Positions 8,989-18,045 of a DNA stretch of 36,876 bases are shown piece by piece; the first letter of the stretch is position 1; each line of letters begins with the position of its first letter. The notes beneath the pieces are model-generated. The model was not told where the DNA came from. It did not search any database and saw only the letters and a program-made list of their open reading frames with translations. The stretch is from a virus. Its lineage: Duplodnaviria; Caudoviricetes. The position numbers and the translations under genes are program-made. The stretch is taken from the IMG/VR virus record IMGVR_UViG_3300043416_000189, positions 1 to 36,876 of that record; one strand, written 5' to 3'.

Positions 8989-9264
8989 ATGGCAGCAACG
9001 CTCCCAGTTGATTTCCAGCAAAAAGTTTTACTCCCGAAAGGGCAAACAGCGTCGGACTATCCGTATGCGATTAAAGCGACCGACTTGATGCAGAACTTTG
9101 TTTTTGCCGCGCTCGACGCTCACGAATCGCTTATCGAATCTTTCCCCGGCCAAGGAGGACACACGCAGCGCAGGCTGAAAATTCCGGCACTCCCGACCTC
9201 TGGGACATACGTCCTCGGAGCGGTCAATGGGGCGCTCGCCTGGATTGAAACTGAGGCTTGCTAA
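8989..9264 (+). CDS. Small putative tail protein
   Basis: 91-aa ORF in the tail-tip cluster. Confidence 0.5.
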   Translation: MAATLPVDFQQKVLLPKGQTASDYPYAIKATDLMQNFVFAALDAHESLIESFPGQGGHTQRRLKIPALPTSGTYVLGAVNGALAWIETEAC

Positions 9265-9266
9265 AT

Positions 9267-9836
9267 ATGCCTTCGATCAAATTAAAGGCAGGCACACAGA
9301 ATGTAATAATCACAGCAGACGGAAAAGTCTCATGCGCCTGTTGCTGTAATTGCGGCCAGGTTACTGGCGTAATATATGCAACCTATGGCGTCGGATCTCC
9401 TCCCGTTTACTCCAATGGTTACGTTTTTCAATTACAGCTTAAGGCATGCGAGAGCGAGTTGGTTATCGACGGCGGCCCTGACCCAGAATGCGATCCAGAG
9501 TCATTGCCAGAAGGGGAAGAGTGCCTGCTCATTTCATACAATTTCGGGGTGTCCTCAGTACTCACTGGGAAAAGCTCGGGCGGGATTTCGTACGCAATTG
9601 CGGGAGATGAATATGGCCCTGTTTTTACTATTCCATACCTAGGTTCGCCAACTTATCTGGGCACAATTTCCGTTGGTAGCTCCGTGGGAATAATCATTGT
9701 TTTCCCTTCGCTCCCGCCTGCGGATGCTGATGGGAATTACCGACTGGTTTTAACAATTCCGCTGCCATACGGGCAAACCTCGTGCGTTAATTCGACGATC
9801 GTCCTGTCTCCTTCCCTGGAGGTGATTCATGGATAA
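9267..9836 (+). CDS. Cys-rich putative tail tip protein
   Basis: ATG 9267, with a DGKVSCACCCNC cluster near the N-terminus. Confidence 0.5.
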   Translation: MPSIKLKAGTQNVIITADGKVSCACCCNCGQVTGVIYATYGVGSPPVYSNGYVFQLQLKACESELVIDGGPDPECDPESLPEGEECLLISYNFGVSSVLTGKSSGGISYAIAGDEYGPVFTIPYLGSPTYLGTISVGSSVGIIIVFPSLPPADADGNYRLVLTIPLPYGQTSCVNSTIVLSPSLEVIHG

Positions 9837-10065
9837 ATGCGATTTTCAAAATTCCGCACGGGGGCATATTTCGTGCAGGCTTGGATTTTACGGGGGCAAA
9901 CCATTTCTGGGAAACTGTGTGGCGTGCATCCATCTCGGGGAAAACACCGAGGAGCATGCCAGACGCCTACATGAGAGGCATGCAAAATCACACCCTGACG
10001 GCGTAACAAGAATCAGCGGATGCTGTGACTCCGCGCGTAATTATTTGACATCCTCCGCCATTTAA
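9829..10065 (+). CDS. Small Cys-rich protein
   Basis: 78 aa with pattern C...C...CxxC...GCC. Confidence 0.55.
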   Translation: MDKCDFQNSARGHISCRLGFYGGKPFLGNCVACIHLGENTEEHARRLHERHAKSHPDGVTRISGCCDSARNYLTSSAI

Positions 10066-10067
10066 CA
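10045..10067 (+). promoter_or_regulatory. Late-gene motif TTGACA-N6-GC, 22 nt before ATG 10067
   Basis: TTGACATCCTCCGCCATTT|AACATG. Confidence 0.7.
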
Positions 10068-11674
10068 TGGCACGCGATCTCTTCATCGACCTCACGAATA
10101 ATCGGCTCGCTACGAGCGAAACCAACCTCTCACCGGCTGGCGTGCCGAGATTCACAAAGGGCGACACAGGCACTTTCAACCTCTATTTTCTACAGGCCAC
10201 CGGAATCGTTGGCGCGCCGTTCACCGTTGTCGATAAAACCAGCTCCAGCGTCAAACTTGGCGTAGGCTCACGCACAGGCACGCCCGAGACGGGAGCTTAT
10301 ACGCTCACATTCGGCGGGGACACCACCAGCGCGCTCGACGCAGCGGTAACAGCCGGACAAGTTCAAACCGCGCTCAACGCTCTTACAGCGATCTCCAGCG
10401 CGGGCGGCGTGACAGTGACAGGCCAACTCTCGGAGCAGTTCACAGTCCGCTTTACAACCGCAGGCACGCGCGGAAGCATCACAGCCGACGTCTCTCAGCT
10501 CATTCCTGATACCGTCGCCGTTATTGGCGAGCGCGTAGCAGGGAGCGCAACGGCAAAAGAGGTGCAGGAAATCGAATTGCGCTTGGCTCCCGCCGTATTC
10601 CAATCGACATGGACTAACCTCTCGACCGCCGTCACCGCCACGCTCGCGACTACAGTTACAGGCTCCGCAACAAACAACGAAGTTCAACGACTCTCGTTTT
10701 CGCAAAAGCCCTTCTCAGGCACCTACCGCCTGACAACGCCAAGCTCGTCAATCACGATTGGCTCGCTCGTAACTGCGGGCGTGTTTATCACATCCGCAAA
10801 CCACGGCCTTGCGCTCAACCAACCCGTAACGCTCACGGGATTTTCGGCGCTAACCGGCTATTCAAACGGCACACAGTATTTCGTAAAGGCTTTGCCACAG
10901 CCGACGCAGTTCACGGTTTCTGTGACGGCAGGCGGCACGGCGCTGACAGGCACAGCCACAACCGGCAGCGTCCTGACGACACTTCGCCAGACAGAGCCTC
11001 TTGCAGCCAACGCAACGGCGGAAGATATTGCGTCCGCATTGGCCGCGCTTGATTCGATAGGCGCTGGCGGCGTCACAGTCGCAGGCATTGAAGGCGAGTA
11101 TTATGACATCACATTTGCAGGGGCCAAGGGCTTTGCCGACCTGCCAGTGATGACAATCCAAAGCGGACTGACAGCCAAGCCGGGCAAGACCGCAGACGTC
11201 AATTTTGCAACCTACGCGTTGCGGGATTTGGTGGGCAACGAACAGGCAGTTGACCTCGATCTCGAAATCGAACTCACGGAAGGCGGCACACGGCAGACCG
11301 TGATTCTGAGCGCGTGCTCAGTCTCGGAAGAGTTGATCGACGCGGACGCATTCTCTCCCGTCCCTCAATTCTCGCTGCCGATCAACTCCGTGGCAGTCTC
11401 GGCCTATACGCTCGCGCTCTCCGACGCCTACGGCCTCATCAATGCGACTACCGGCATGACGATCACCGTGCCCCCGAACTCGACAGCGGCCTTCCCGACC
11501 GGCTCGCAGGTGCTCCTCTACCGCTCCGCAGTCAGCGGCGTGGCTGTGACAGCGGGGGCAGGGGTGACCGTAAACGCGGCGGGTGGCGCATCTGCATTGT
11601 CATTGCGTCACTCTATCGGGGCGCTGATAAAGCTCGGAACAAATGAGTGGGTGCTTGGGGGGGACGTATTGTGA
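10067..11674 (+). CDS. Tail fibre/baseplate-like structural protein
   Basis: 535 aa, T/A/G/S-rich. Two repeats of an ALxA...GGVTVxG module and an NHGLALNQPV module common in virion proteins. Confidence 0.65.
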   Translation: MARDLFIDLTNNRLATSETNLSPAGVPRFTKGDTGTFNLYFLQATGIVGAPFTVVDKTSSSVKLGVGSRTGTPETGAYTLTFGGDTTSALDAAVTAGQVQTALNALTAISSAGGVTVTGQLSEQFTVRFTTAGTRGSITADVSQLIPDTVAVIGERVAGSATAKEVQEIELRLAPAVFQSTWTNLSTAVTATLATTVTGSATNNEVQRLSFSQKPFSGTYRLTTPSSSITIGSLVTAGVFITSANHGLALNQPVTLTGFSALTGYSNGTQYFVKALPQPTQFTVSVTAGGTALTGTATTGSVLTTLRQTEPLAANATAEDIASALAALDSIGAGGVTVAGIEGEYYDITFAGAKGFADLPVMTIQSGLTAKPGKTADVNFATYALRDLVGNEQAVDLDLEIELTEGGTRQTVILSACSVSEELIDADAFSPVPQFSLPINSVAVSAYTLALSDAYGLINATTGMTITVPPNSTAAFPTGSQVLLYRSAVSGVAVTAGAGVTVNAAGGASALSLRHSIGALIKLGTNEWVLGGDVL

Positions 11675-12348
11675 TTTTAGGACTCCCATTCATTCAAAAA
11701 CCAAAATTAAGAAACGGGTTGCTGGCATTCTACCGACTAAGCGACACTTTCGACTCTTCTGGAAACAACAGAACACTCACCAACAATGGTGGAGTCACAT
11801 TTGCTTCTGGCAAAATTGGAAATGCTGCCGTGTTTGATGGCGCTAGCTACTTTTCGCAGCCAGCAATAAGTGTTGCTGGGGGAAGTTTCACAATTTCACA
11901 GTGGCTAAACGTAAGCTCCAGCCAATATGAAGTGTTTTCAGAGACTGTTTCAAAATGGGCGGGCTTCATAATGCAAGGGTCGTTTGTAACTGGGCTTAAT
12001 GAAAATGAAGCAAATAGTTTTTTTGCTTATTGCAGAACAGACGAAGGCGCGTTTCCTTTGTATGTTTTTGCCAATTTTGACGAATGGGCGCATTTTGTTT
12101 TCAGAGTCGATAATGACAGCAAAATAATTTCTCTTTTTAAAAATGGGACTCTAAGCGCAAGTAATTCTATAACAGGGGATATTGTATCTAGTGAAGGGAG
12201 CACGGAATTGCAAATAGGGGCAGGAGAAAGCGACGGTTCTTTTCCTTTAAATGACGGAAAAATTGACGCAGTTGGCATTTGGAGTCGCGCATTGAGTGAC
12301 GCTGAAATTGCGCTTCTTTACAACAGTGGAAGTGGAAGGGAACTATGA
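11671..12348 (+). CDS. LamG/concanavalin A-like lectin-domain protein (candidate receptor-binding protein)
   Basis: GTG 11671 overlaps the upstream TGA. Motifs DSSGN, GKIGNAAVFDG, FTISQW, WAHF and IDAVGIWSRALSDAEIALLY. AT-rich. Confidence 0.8.
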   Translation: MILGLPFIQKPKLRNGLLAFYRLSDTFDSSGNNRTLTNNGGVTFASGKIGNAAVFDGASYFSQPAISVAGGSFTISQWLNVSSSQYEVFSETVSKWAGFIMQGSFVTGLNENEANSFFAYCRTDEGAFPLYVFANFDEWAHFVFRVDNDSKIISLFKNGTLSASNSITGDIVSSEGSTELQIGAGESDGSFPLNDGKIDAVGIWSRALSDAEIALLYNSGSGREL

Positions 12349-12539
12349 ACGACCACCCTTTCTTTGTTGCGCTAGTCGGCACTACAACGTCCGCCACAGG
12401 CTTCATCATTTCCCTTCTTCCGCAACTCACCGCAGGCGTCCAATTCGCGACCGCTTGCGTGGGCCTCGTCGCCGCGATCCTCACGGCGCTCTACATGTCG
12501 CGAAAAGTAAAGCACCAAAACAATGAAAAACCTGACTGA
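12345..12539 (+). CDS. Small membrane protein (holin/antiholin-like)
   Basis: 64 aa with two hydrophobic stretches and a basic tail, at the start of the lysis cluster. Confidence 0.55.
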   Translation: MNDHPFFVALVGTTTSATGFIISLLPQLTAGVQFATACVGLVAAILTALYMSRKVKHQNNEKPD

Positions 12540-12699
12540 TACAATCCTCGACTACGCAGGCCAGACCTCAACTTGGCGCGGTCTTATCTTCGTCGCCGCT
12601 AGCCTCGGGCTAACGCTCGATCCTGAGCTTCAAAACCACATCATCGCCGCAGCCCTCGGGCTTGTGGGCATCATCAACGTATTCCGAAAGGGTCAGTGA
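12523..12699 (+). CDS. Holin-like protein (58 aa, below the ORF-track cutoff)
   Basis: MKNLTDTILDYAGQTSTWRGLIFVAASLGLTLDPELQNHIIAAALGLVGIINVFRKGQ. Two TM segments and an STWRGL motif. Confidence 0.65.
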   Translation: MKNLTDTILDYAGQTSTWRGLIFVAASLGLTLDPELQNHIIAAALGLVGIINVFRKGQ

Positions 12700-12899
12700 T
12701 GCTTGACCACTACCGCACGATTGCCATCGGCTTTTTCGCGGCGGCGATCTTCTGTCTCCTCATGCTTCTCATGACCGGCTGCGCCGTCTCGTGGCCTACG
12801 AAGGCTGGCAACGTCACGCTGTCATTCAGCCCACCGCCCGAACTTATCAACAAATACGGCGCGCACGTTTTTGACTCGCCTACCAGACGAGACAAATGA
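12699..12899 (+). CDS. Lipoprotein (spanin-like candidate)
   Basis: Hydrophobic N-terminus with lipobox LMTG-C and a Pro-rich remainder, located between holin and lysin. Confidence 0.5.
   Translation: MLDHYRTIAIGFFAAAIFCLLMLLMTGCAVSWPTKAGNVTLSFSPPPELINKYGAHVFDSPTRRDK
12871..12896 (+). promoter_or_regulatory. Variant late-gene motif TTGACT-N6-CC, 25 nt before the endolysin ATG
   Basis: TTGACTCGCCTACCAGACG|AGACAAATG. Confidence 0.45.
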
Positions 12900-13327
12900 G
12901 CCAAGAAATTTTCGAGTTTCAAAAACTACTCGACCGCCAGGGAATCAAATACTTCTCGGCGAAAGAGGTTTTCTTTCTCGGCAATTCCAATTCCTTCCTC
13001 AAGTGCAACGCGATCCCCGCGCAGGCACTTTGGCCAAACATTATCCCGACCCTTTACGCTGCCGACGCGATCCGCGAGCGGCTTGGCGTCCCGATCCAAA
13101 TCCTCTCAGCCTACCGCAATGAAGCCTACAACAAGGCAATCGGCGGGGCGCGTGGGAGCTATCACACGCGCTTCATGGCTCTCGACATCACGGCCAAGGT
13201 CTCCATCCCCGACCTTGTGAAAATCGCGAAGGACGTCCGCAAGGACAAAATCTTCACCGGAGGAATCGGCACCTACGCCGGATTCGTTCACATCGACTGC
13301 GGGCCACTCCGCAACTGGCACGGATGA
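12896..13327 (+). CDS. Endolysin, peptidase M15 (Zn D-Ala-D-Ala type) family
   Basis: SAYR...YNKAIGGA..SYH....ALDI...GGIGTY..FVHIDC. Confidence 0.88.
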   Translation: MSQEIFEFQKLLDRQGIKYFSAKEVFFLGNSNSFLKCNAIPAQALWPNIIPTLYAADAIRERLGVPIQILSAYRNEAYNKAIGGARGSYHTRFMALDITAKVSIPDLVKIAKDVRKDKIFTGGIGTYAGFVHIDCGPLRNWHG

Positions 13328-13551
13328 AAAAAATGGAGAAGAGCCGCGAAGCCGTCATGGTTGAAGTCCGCAAGCTCCTCTCCGAACATTTTGACGCAGG
13401 ACTCGCAATCGTTACGTGGGAGCACGAGGGCGACACGTTGCACTCCGAAATTAAATTCGGCAACCGCTACGCAGTTGAAGGACTACTCGGCCAAGCAAGT
13501 GACATCATTCACCCGCCGGAAGATGAAGACGAAGAAGAGGAACTCATATGA
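13324..13551 (+). CDS. Hypothetical protein with acidic C-terminus
   Basis: 75 aa with ATGA overlaps on both sides. Confidence 0.7.
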   Translation: MKKMEKSREAVMVEVRKLLSEHFDAGLAIVTWEHEGDTLHSEIKFGNRYAVEGLLGQASDIIHPPEDEDEEEELI

Positions 13552-13805
13552 AAGCCACGCTTGAATTTAACCTGCCAGAAGAACGCACAGAGCACATTTG
13601 CGCTGTGAAGGGCATGGACGCAATCGCAGTGATAGACGACCTCCTTGAAGAAATCCGCTCATTTCTTAAATACGATGGCGGCGAGTTTCGCGAGTGGCGC
13701 GACGAAGCAGGATGCAGTCACATCGCAGACGCCGAAACTCTCGAAAAAGTCCGAAGCTACATTTGGGAACTCCGCAAGGACAACGAAATCCCTGACCTCT
13801 TATGA
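13548..13805 (+). CDS. Hypothetical protein
   Basis: 85 aa starting MKATLEFNLPEE, with ATGA overlaps. Confidence 0.75.
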   Translation: MKATLEFNLPEERTEHICAVKGMDAIAVIDDLLEEIRSFLKYDGGEFREWRDEAGCSHIADAETLEKVRSYIWELRKDNEIPDLL

Positions 13806-14533
13806 ATATCTCAAAGGGCTGGAAAAAGTGGATGGCGGTCGGATGCTCACACGGCGATCAAATCGACCCTGAGGCACGCAAGGCGGTCCTGACATTCCGC
13901 GACCGCTGGAAGCCAGATACGACATTTCACTTGGGCGATTTTCTGGACCTTGCCGCATTCCGCGCAGGCGCCGTCAATGACCCGAACTCCAGCGACCGGG
14001 CAGCCAGCGTGAGCGACGATCTCAGCGCGGGCATTGATTTTCTCCACGAACTCCGCCCGCAGCACATCCTATTCGGCAACCACGAAGCCCGGCTCTACAA
14101 GCTCGCAGCCTCGCCAAACGCGCTGGCAGCTCACGCCGCCACGCTTACCATCCAAGCCATCGAGGAGGCCGCTAAGAAGCTCAGGGCGCGATTGTATCCG
14201 TATCACATTCGAAGTTACGCCGAACTCGGAGGAACAAAATTCCTGCACGGATACATGTTCAACGTGCAAGCGATCCGCGACCATGCCGAGACCTACGGCA
14301 ACTGCGTTCTCGCGCACCTACACCGTGTCGGGAGCGAACGCGCCCGCACTCTCGACGGAGCGACCGGACACTGCACCGGCATGCTCGCTCGATTCGACAT
14401 GGAGTATGCGAGCACACGCCGCGCAACGCTGGCTTGGTCGCAGGGCTTCGCTTACGGCTTTTATAACGAAAAAACGGTCACAATAAACACATGCGAAAGA
14501 AAACACAATCACCCCTGGCTTCTGCCAATATAA
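13802..14533 (+). CDS. Calcineurin-like metallophosphoesterase
   Basis: Motifs GCSHGD, GDFLD, GNHE, HG and AHLHR. Confidence 0.8.
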   Translation: MNISKGWKKWMAVGCSHGDQIDPEARKAVLTFRDRWKPDTTFHLGDFLDLAAFRAGAVNDPNSSDRAASVSDDLSAGIDFLHELRPQHILFGNHEARLYKLAASPNALAAHAATLTIQAIEEAAKKLRARLYPYHIRSYAELGGTKFLHGYMFNVQAIRDHAETYGNCVLAHLHRVGSERARTLDGATGHCTGMLARFDMEYASTRRATLAWSQGFAYGFYNEKTVTINTCERKHNHPWLLPI

Positions 14534-14769
14534 CCGCCGCCTGGGCGCGGGTATTCGAAAATGCAAAAATTGACGACATCGAACAACTCCACAGTGAGGG
14601 CTGGCAGAGCATTTACGACATCGCCGAGCAATCTGACCGCTGCCGAAAAACATTGTGCAATGTTCTCGAATCCGAAGTAAACGCCGGACGGTTTGAAAAA
14701 AAACTTGCTAAGGTAAAGCACGGGCCGCAAATAAGAACGGTTTCGTTTTACCGGCCGATCGCAAAATAA
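14491..14769 (+). CDS. Hypothetical protein, possible winged HTH
   Basis: WQSIYDIAEQSDRCRKTLCNVL. Last gene before an AT-rich gap. Start uncertain. Confidence 0.5.
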   Translation: MRKKTQSPLASANITAAWARVFENAKIDDIEQLHSEGWQSIYDIAEQSDRCRKTLCNVLESEVNAGRFEKKLAKVKHGPQIRTVSFYRPIAK

Positions 14770-14780
14770 AAAGCCGTTTC

Positions 14781-14809
14781 ACCCGCACCAGCATTGGACG
14801 CGCGGGTTT
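14781..14809 (+). terminator. Hairpin at the late/early boundary
   Basis: ACCCGC..CCA-GCAT-TGG..GCGGGT followed by a short T run. Confidence 0.35.
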
Positions 14810-14814
14810 GTAAA

Positions 14815-14890
14815 GACATTTCTCAAAATTTATTTTCGGGAAATCTCAAAAAAATCTTTTCATTTTTCGGGAAGATGGAAAATTGATTTC
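14815..14890. promoter_or_regulatory. AT-rich control region with direct repeats TTTTCGGGAA (14833, 14864)
   Basis: Non-coding stretch upstream of the early/replication genes, with two exact 10-mers 31 bp apart. Confidence 0.5.
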
Positions 14891-14915
14891 AGCGCAAGGG
14901 ATGCGCTCTAAAAAT

Positions 14916-15065
14916 ATGAAAATCAAAACATACATCTGCGAGGGATATGACCCTCTTTTCGGTCCGATTCGGGACATGATGGACGCCTGCTCGGCTGAGG
15001 AGGCAAAGGCAAAATTCAAAACTCTTCACGGCATCGCGGCGCTTTTTGTCGCGCTGGAAAAATAA
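14916..15065 (+). CDS. Small early hypothetical protein
   Basis: ATG 14916 after an AAAAAT leader, 49 aa. Confidence 0.55.
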   Translation: MKIKTYICEGYDPLFGPIRDMMDACSAEEAKAKFKTLHGIAALFVALEK

Positions 15066-15066
15066 T

Positions 15067-15186
15067 ATGGAACCCGAGACTATCACTCAGAATCTTCAGT
15101 TTGCTTGGGAAGCGTTTAAGGCATTCGGGCCGGTCGCGATCTTCGCGACGCTGACCTACTGGCTCACAACCTGGGGGGAGAAATGA
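15067..15186 (+). CDS. 39-aa membrane peptide
   Basis: MEPETITQNLQFAWEAFKAFGPVAIFATLTYWLTTWGEK. Fills the gap and has an ATGA overlap with the next gene. Confidence 0.55.
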   Translation: MEPETITQNLQFAWEAFKAFGPVAIFATLTYWLTTWGEK

Positions 15187-15380
15187 AAACATTGACTTGG
15201 AACGAAGCTGCGATTTTGCCGGAGGTAAACAAGACCGTCATTCTCCATTTCGGATTCGATATTCTGGAGATTGGGTGCTATTCAAAAAGCGGCTGGGAAC
15301 TCATGACGGGACTTCCGCCACACGAGACAGTCACGCATTGGGCAGAGTTTAATTTTCCTTCTGAGGAGGGACTTGAATGA
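15183..15380 (+). CDS. DUF551-like small protein
   Basis: W....LP...VTHWAE..P pattern. Confidence 0.6.
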   Translation: MKTLTWNEAAILPEVNKTVILHFGFDILEIGCYSKSGWELMTGLPPHETVTHWAEFNFPSEEGLE

Positions 15381-15484
15381 GCGCAGCTCTCGCCATTTCC
15401 ATCGCTGTGCTGACCCTCGGCTCATGCGTGGCTTGCTACCACATCGGACGCGAGGCGGGGCGGATTGAGAAGAAAGACAAATGA
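15377..15484 (+). CDS. 35-aa membrane peptide
   Basis: MSAALAISIAVLTLGSCVACYHIGREAGRIEKKDK, with ATGA overlaps on both sides. Confidence 0.55.
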   Translation: MSAALAISIAVLTLGSCVACYHIGREAGRIEKKDK

Positions 15485-15933
15485 AAACCATCCTTGCTAT
15501 TGACCCAGGAACGACGCACAGCGCATACGTGTTATATGGGAATGGAATTATTTTTGACCACGGATGGATATCAAATTATGACATGCGGCAAGTTCTCATC
15601 GGCATTGAATACGACGCCGTGGCAATCGAAATGATTGCATCCTACGGCATGGCGGTCGGGGCTTCCACCTTCGAGACCTGCGTCTGGATCGGGCGATTCA
15701 CGGAAATTGCAAGAGTCGAACCGACTCTCTGCTATCGAAAAGACATCAAACTTTTTCTCTGCGGAACAATGCGAGCTAAGGATGCGAACATTCGCCAAGC
15801 CTTGATCGACCTACTCGGGACGCAGGGAACAAAGGCCCAGCCGGGGCCAACATACGGCATCAAATCCCACACCTGGGCGGCGCTGGCAGTGGCCGTTTAC
15901 GCTGCCAATCAAAAAGAAAAACCAAAAATATAA
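15481..15933 (+). CDS. RuvC-like Holliday junction resolvase
   Basis: ILAIDPGT, VAIE and C-terminal AALAVA helix. Confidence 0.8.
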   Translation: MKTILAIDPGTTHSAYVLYGNGIIFDHGWISNYDMRQVLIGIEYDAVAIEMIASYGMAVGASTFETCVWIGRFTEIARVEPTLCYRKDIKLFLCGTMRAKDANIRQALIDLLGTQGTKAQPGPTYGIKSHTWAALAVAVYAANQKEKPKI

Positions 15934-16109
15934 ACCTAACACCAAAACAGCAGGCAAAATCGGACGGATACCGTCCACTCACCACGGCATACAAGCTGCC
16001 GGGAGAACAATGGATGCTAGACAACATCCTTGCAGACATGAATCGCGCAAATGCGGATATCGTATTTGTCGGAGAAGATCACAACTCAATAGAAATCTGG
16101 AAAAAATGA
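15930..16109 (+). pseudogene. 59-codon open frame beginning with ATA (non-canonical start or lost ATG)
   Basis: INLTPKQQAKSDGYRPLTTAYKLPGEQWMLDNILADM...IEIWKK*. ATAA overlap with the RuvC stop and ATGA overlap with the next gene. Confidence 0.4.
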
Positions 16110-17041
16110 AAATCACAAAAGGCAAGCAAACACGACCACAACGCGTCGTCATTTACGGAGTGGAATCGGTCGGCAAGACAACCTTCGCCGCGCAATTCCC
16201 GACTCCACTCTTTCTCGACATCGAGGGCGGCACAGCACACCTGGACACAGACCGATGCGAGATTAACAGCTGGGCTGAACTTAACGCCGCGCTGAAGGAG
16301 GTTGCAACCAGCGACTACCAGACCGTTGTCATTGACTCGGCAGACTGGGCAGAGCGCCTATGCGTGGAAGACCTGTTGGCGAGCACGAAGAAAGGCAGCA
16401 TTGAGGACTTTGGATATGGCAAGGGCTGGGTTCAGGTTGCTGAGCGCATGAGCCGACTCCTGACCGCGCTGGATTCGTTGATCGCCATTGGCAAGCACGT
16501 TGTCTTGCTCGCTCACAGCAAGGTTCAGCGCGTGGAGCCGCCGGACCTGATGACGGCCTACGACCGCTACGAGTTGAAGATGAGCAAACAAAGCTCACCG
16601 CTCGTTAAGGAATGGGCAGACGAACTCTGGTTTTTCCGGTTCAAAACAAAGGTAGTGGAATCTGAAAACGGCAAGGCCAAAGGCACAGGCGGCAAGCAAC
16701 GCATCATCCTGACAACACACTCGGCGGCATACGACGCCAAGACCCGCAGCGGGCTGGCTGAAGAACTGCCGATGGAGTGGGATTCGGTGGCGCATTTATT
16801 TGCAGCGGAAAAGCCAAAAGCAAAATCCGAACCGGCTTTGTTTGTAGTCGGTGCCAAGCATGTGCGAGCATTTGAAATGTTGGCAGAAAACGAGGAAGCG
16901 GTCAACGCCTTCCTTGTCTCCAACAAATCCATTGAGCCAGGGCAAACTTGGCGCGATGTCTCAGATAAACTCCGCGCAAACATCGTGGCTCGCCCCGAGG
17001 CATTGATTGCCAAGGCGCTCGAAGCGAAGGAGGTCGCATGA
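16106..17041 (+). CDS. AAA_24 family ATPase (Sak4-like recombination protein)
   Basis: Walker A GVESVGKT, LFLDIEGG, VVIDS and GYGKG. Likely start is ATG 16106. Confidence 0.85.
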   Translation: MKITKGKQTRPQRVVIYGVESVGKTTFAAQFPTPLFLDIEGGTAHLDTDRCEINSWAELNAALKEVATSDYQTVVIDSADWAERLCVEDLLASTKKGSIEDFGYGKGWVQVAERMSRLLTALDSLIAIGKHVVLLAHSKVQRVEPPDLMTAYDRYELKMSKQSSPLVKEWADELWFFRFKTKVVESENGKAKGTGGKQRIILTTHSAAYDAKTRSGLAEELPMEWDSVAHLFAAEKPKAKSEPALFVVGAKHVRAFEMLAENEEAVNAFLVSNKSIEPGQTWRDVSDKLRANIVARPEALIAKALEAKEVA

Positions 17042-18045
17042 AAGAACTCACGCCGAGCATGGCTCCAAAGCTTGCAGAGTGCCCGGTATTCGTCGGTGCA
17101 TCCGGTGCGTCGGCGGCTGCCGAGCGCGGCACGGCAATCGACTATGCTATCCGCATGGCGATGAATGGAGACATCGAACCGACCGAACAACTTCCAGCGG
17201 AAGATCAAGCATCCGCACGGTGGGGAATTAAGACCTTGCGCCAACTAAGCGGCGGCGAGCGCGTCGAAACTCGCGAGGAGTATCTTGCAATGGCGGTGCC
17301 GGGCTTGTCTAAGCTCGGCACGGCGGATGCAATCTGCAAGCGCGCGCGGTGGGTTGCGGACATTAAGACCGGCCAAGTGCGCAACTATTGCGAGCAACTC
17401 GCAGCCTATGCGCTCGCCTGCATGGAGGACAACTTTGCCAAGTCGTGGACGGGCCATGTTGTTTATGTCGACCAACAGCTCGTGCGCTCCTACGACTTCA
17501 GCCGCGAAGAGGCCGAGGCCACAACTCAGCGGTGGATATCGGCGGCAATATCCCCGTTCGCTCGCCCAACGCCATGTGAGTATTGCAACTGGTGCGCCAA
17601 CAAAGAAGGATGCAGCGCGCTCGTGCTGCAAAGTAAGGCGGCATTAGCAGACGTTAAAGCGACTAATAAAGACACGCTTACCATAATCAAAGACCGAATC
17701 CTTGCCGACCCGCTCAAGCTCTCGGACTTTGCGAAGCGGTTCAAATTCTTCGAAAAGGAGATCGCAGAACCTTTGGTGGATGCGCTAAAAGAACGCCTAA
17801 ACGCCGGAGACGAAATCCCAGGCTGGAAGGTCTCGACAAGCGCAGGCCGCGAATACGTCGAAGCCGACGCCATCGCTAAGGCGTCCGAAGGAGTCTCGAA
17901 AGAAACCCTCATCCTCGCTCTCGGCGGCAAAATGACCGGAGCAAAATTCCGCGAGTTTTGCGCAGCCGGTGGGGTCGAGGTTGACGAATCAGCAATAAAA
18001 GCAGGCGCACCGATCACTACACTCCGACAAGTAAAGGCCAAGTAA
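17038..18045 (+). CDS. PD-(D/E)xK exonuclease, Cas4/DUF2800-like
   Basis: N-terminal CP, GTAD, VADIKTG, QLAAYA and CEYCNWC...C. Adjacent to the recombinase and SSB genes. Confidence 0.8.
   Translation: MKELTPSMAPKLAECPVFVGASGASAAAERGTAIDYAIRMAMNGDIEPTEQLPAEDQASARWGIKTLRQLSGGERVETREEYLAMAVPGLSKLGTADAICKRARWVADIKTGQVRNYCEQLAAYALACMEDNFAKSWTGHVVYVDQQLVRSYDFSREEAEATTQRWISAAISPFARPTPCEYCNWCANKEGCSALVLQSKAALADVKATNKDTLTIIKDRILADPLKLSDFAKRFKFFEKEIAEPLVDALKERLNAGDEIPGWKVSTSAGREYVEADAIAKASEGVSKETLILALGGKMTGAKFREFCAAGGVEVDESAIKAGAPITTLRQVKAK

Noticed and set aside
10067-12348. Diversity-generating retroelement or invertible fibre cassette
   Set aside because: No reverse transcriptase, invertase, template/variable repeat pair or flanking inverted repeats were seen.
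17038-18045. Cas4-like nuclease as part of a CRISPR-Cas system
   Set aside because: No repeat-spacer array or other cas genes were seen. Its context (ATPase, SSB) is a standard phage recombination module.
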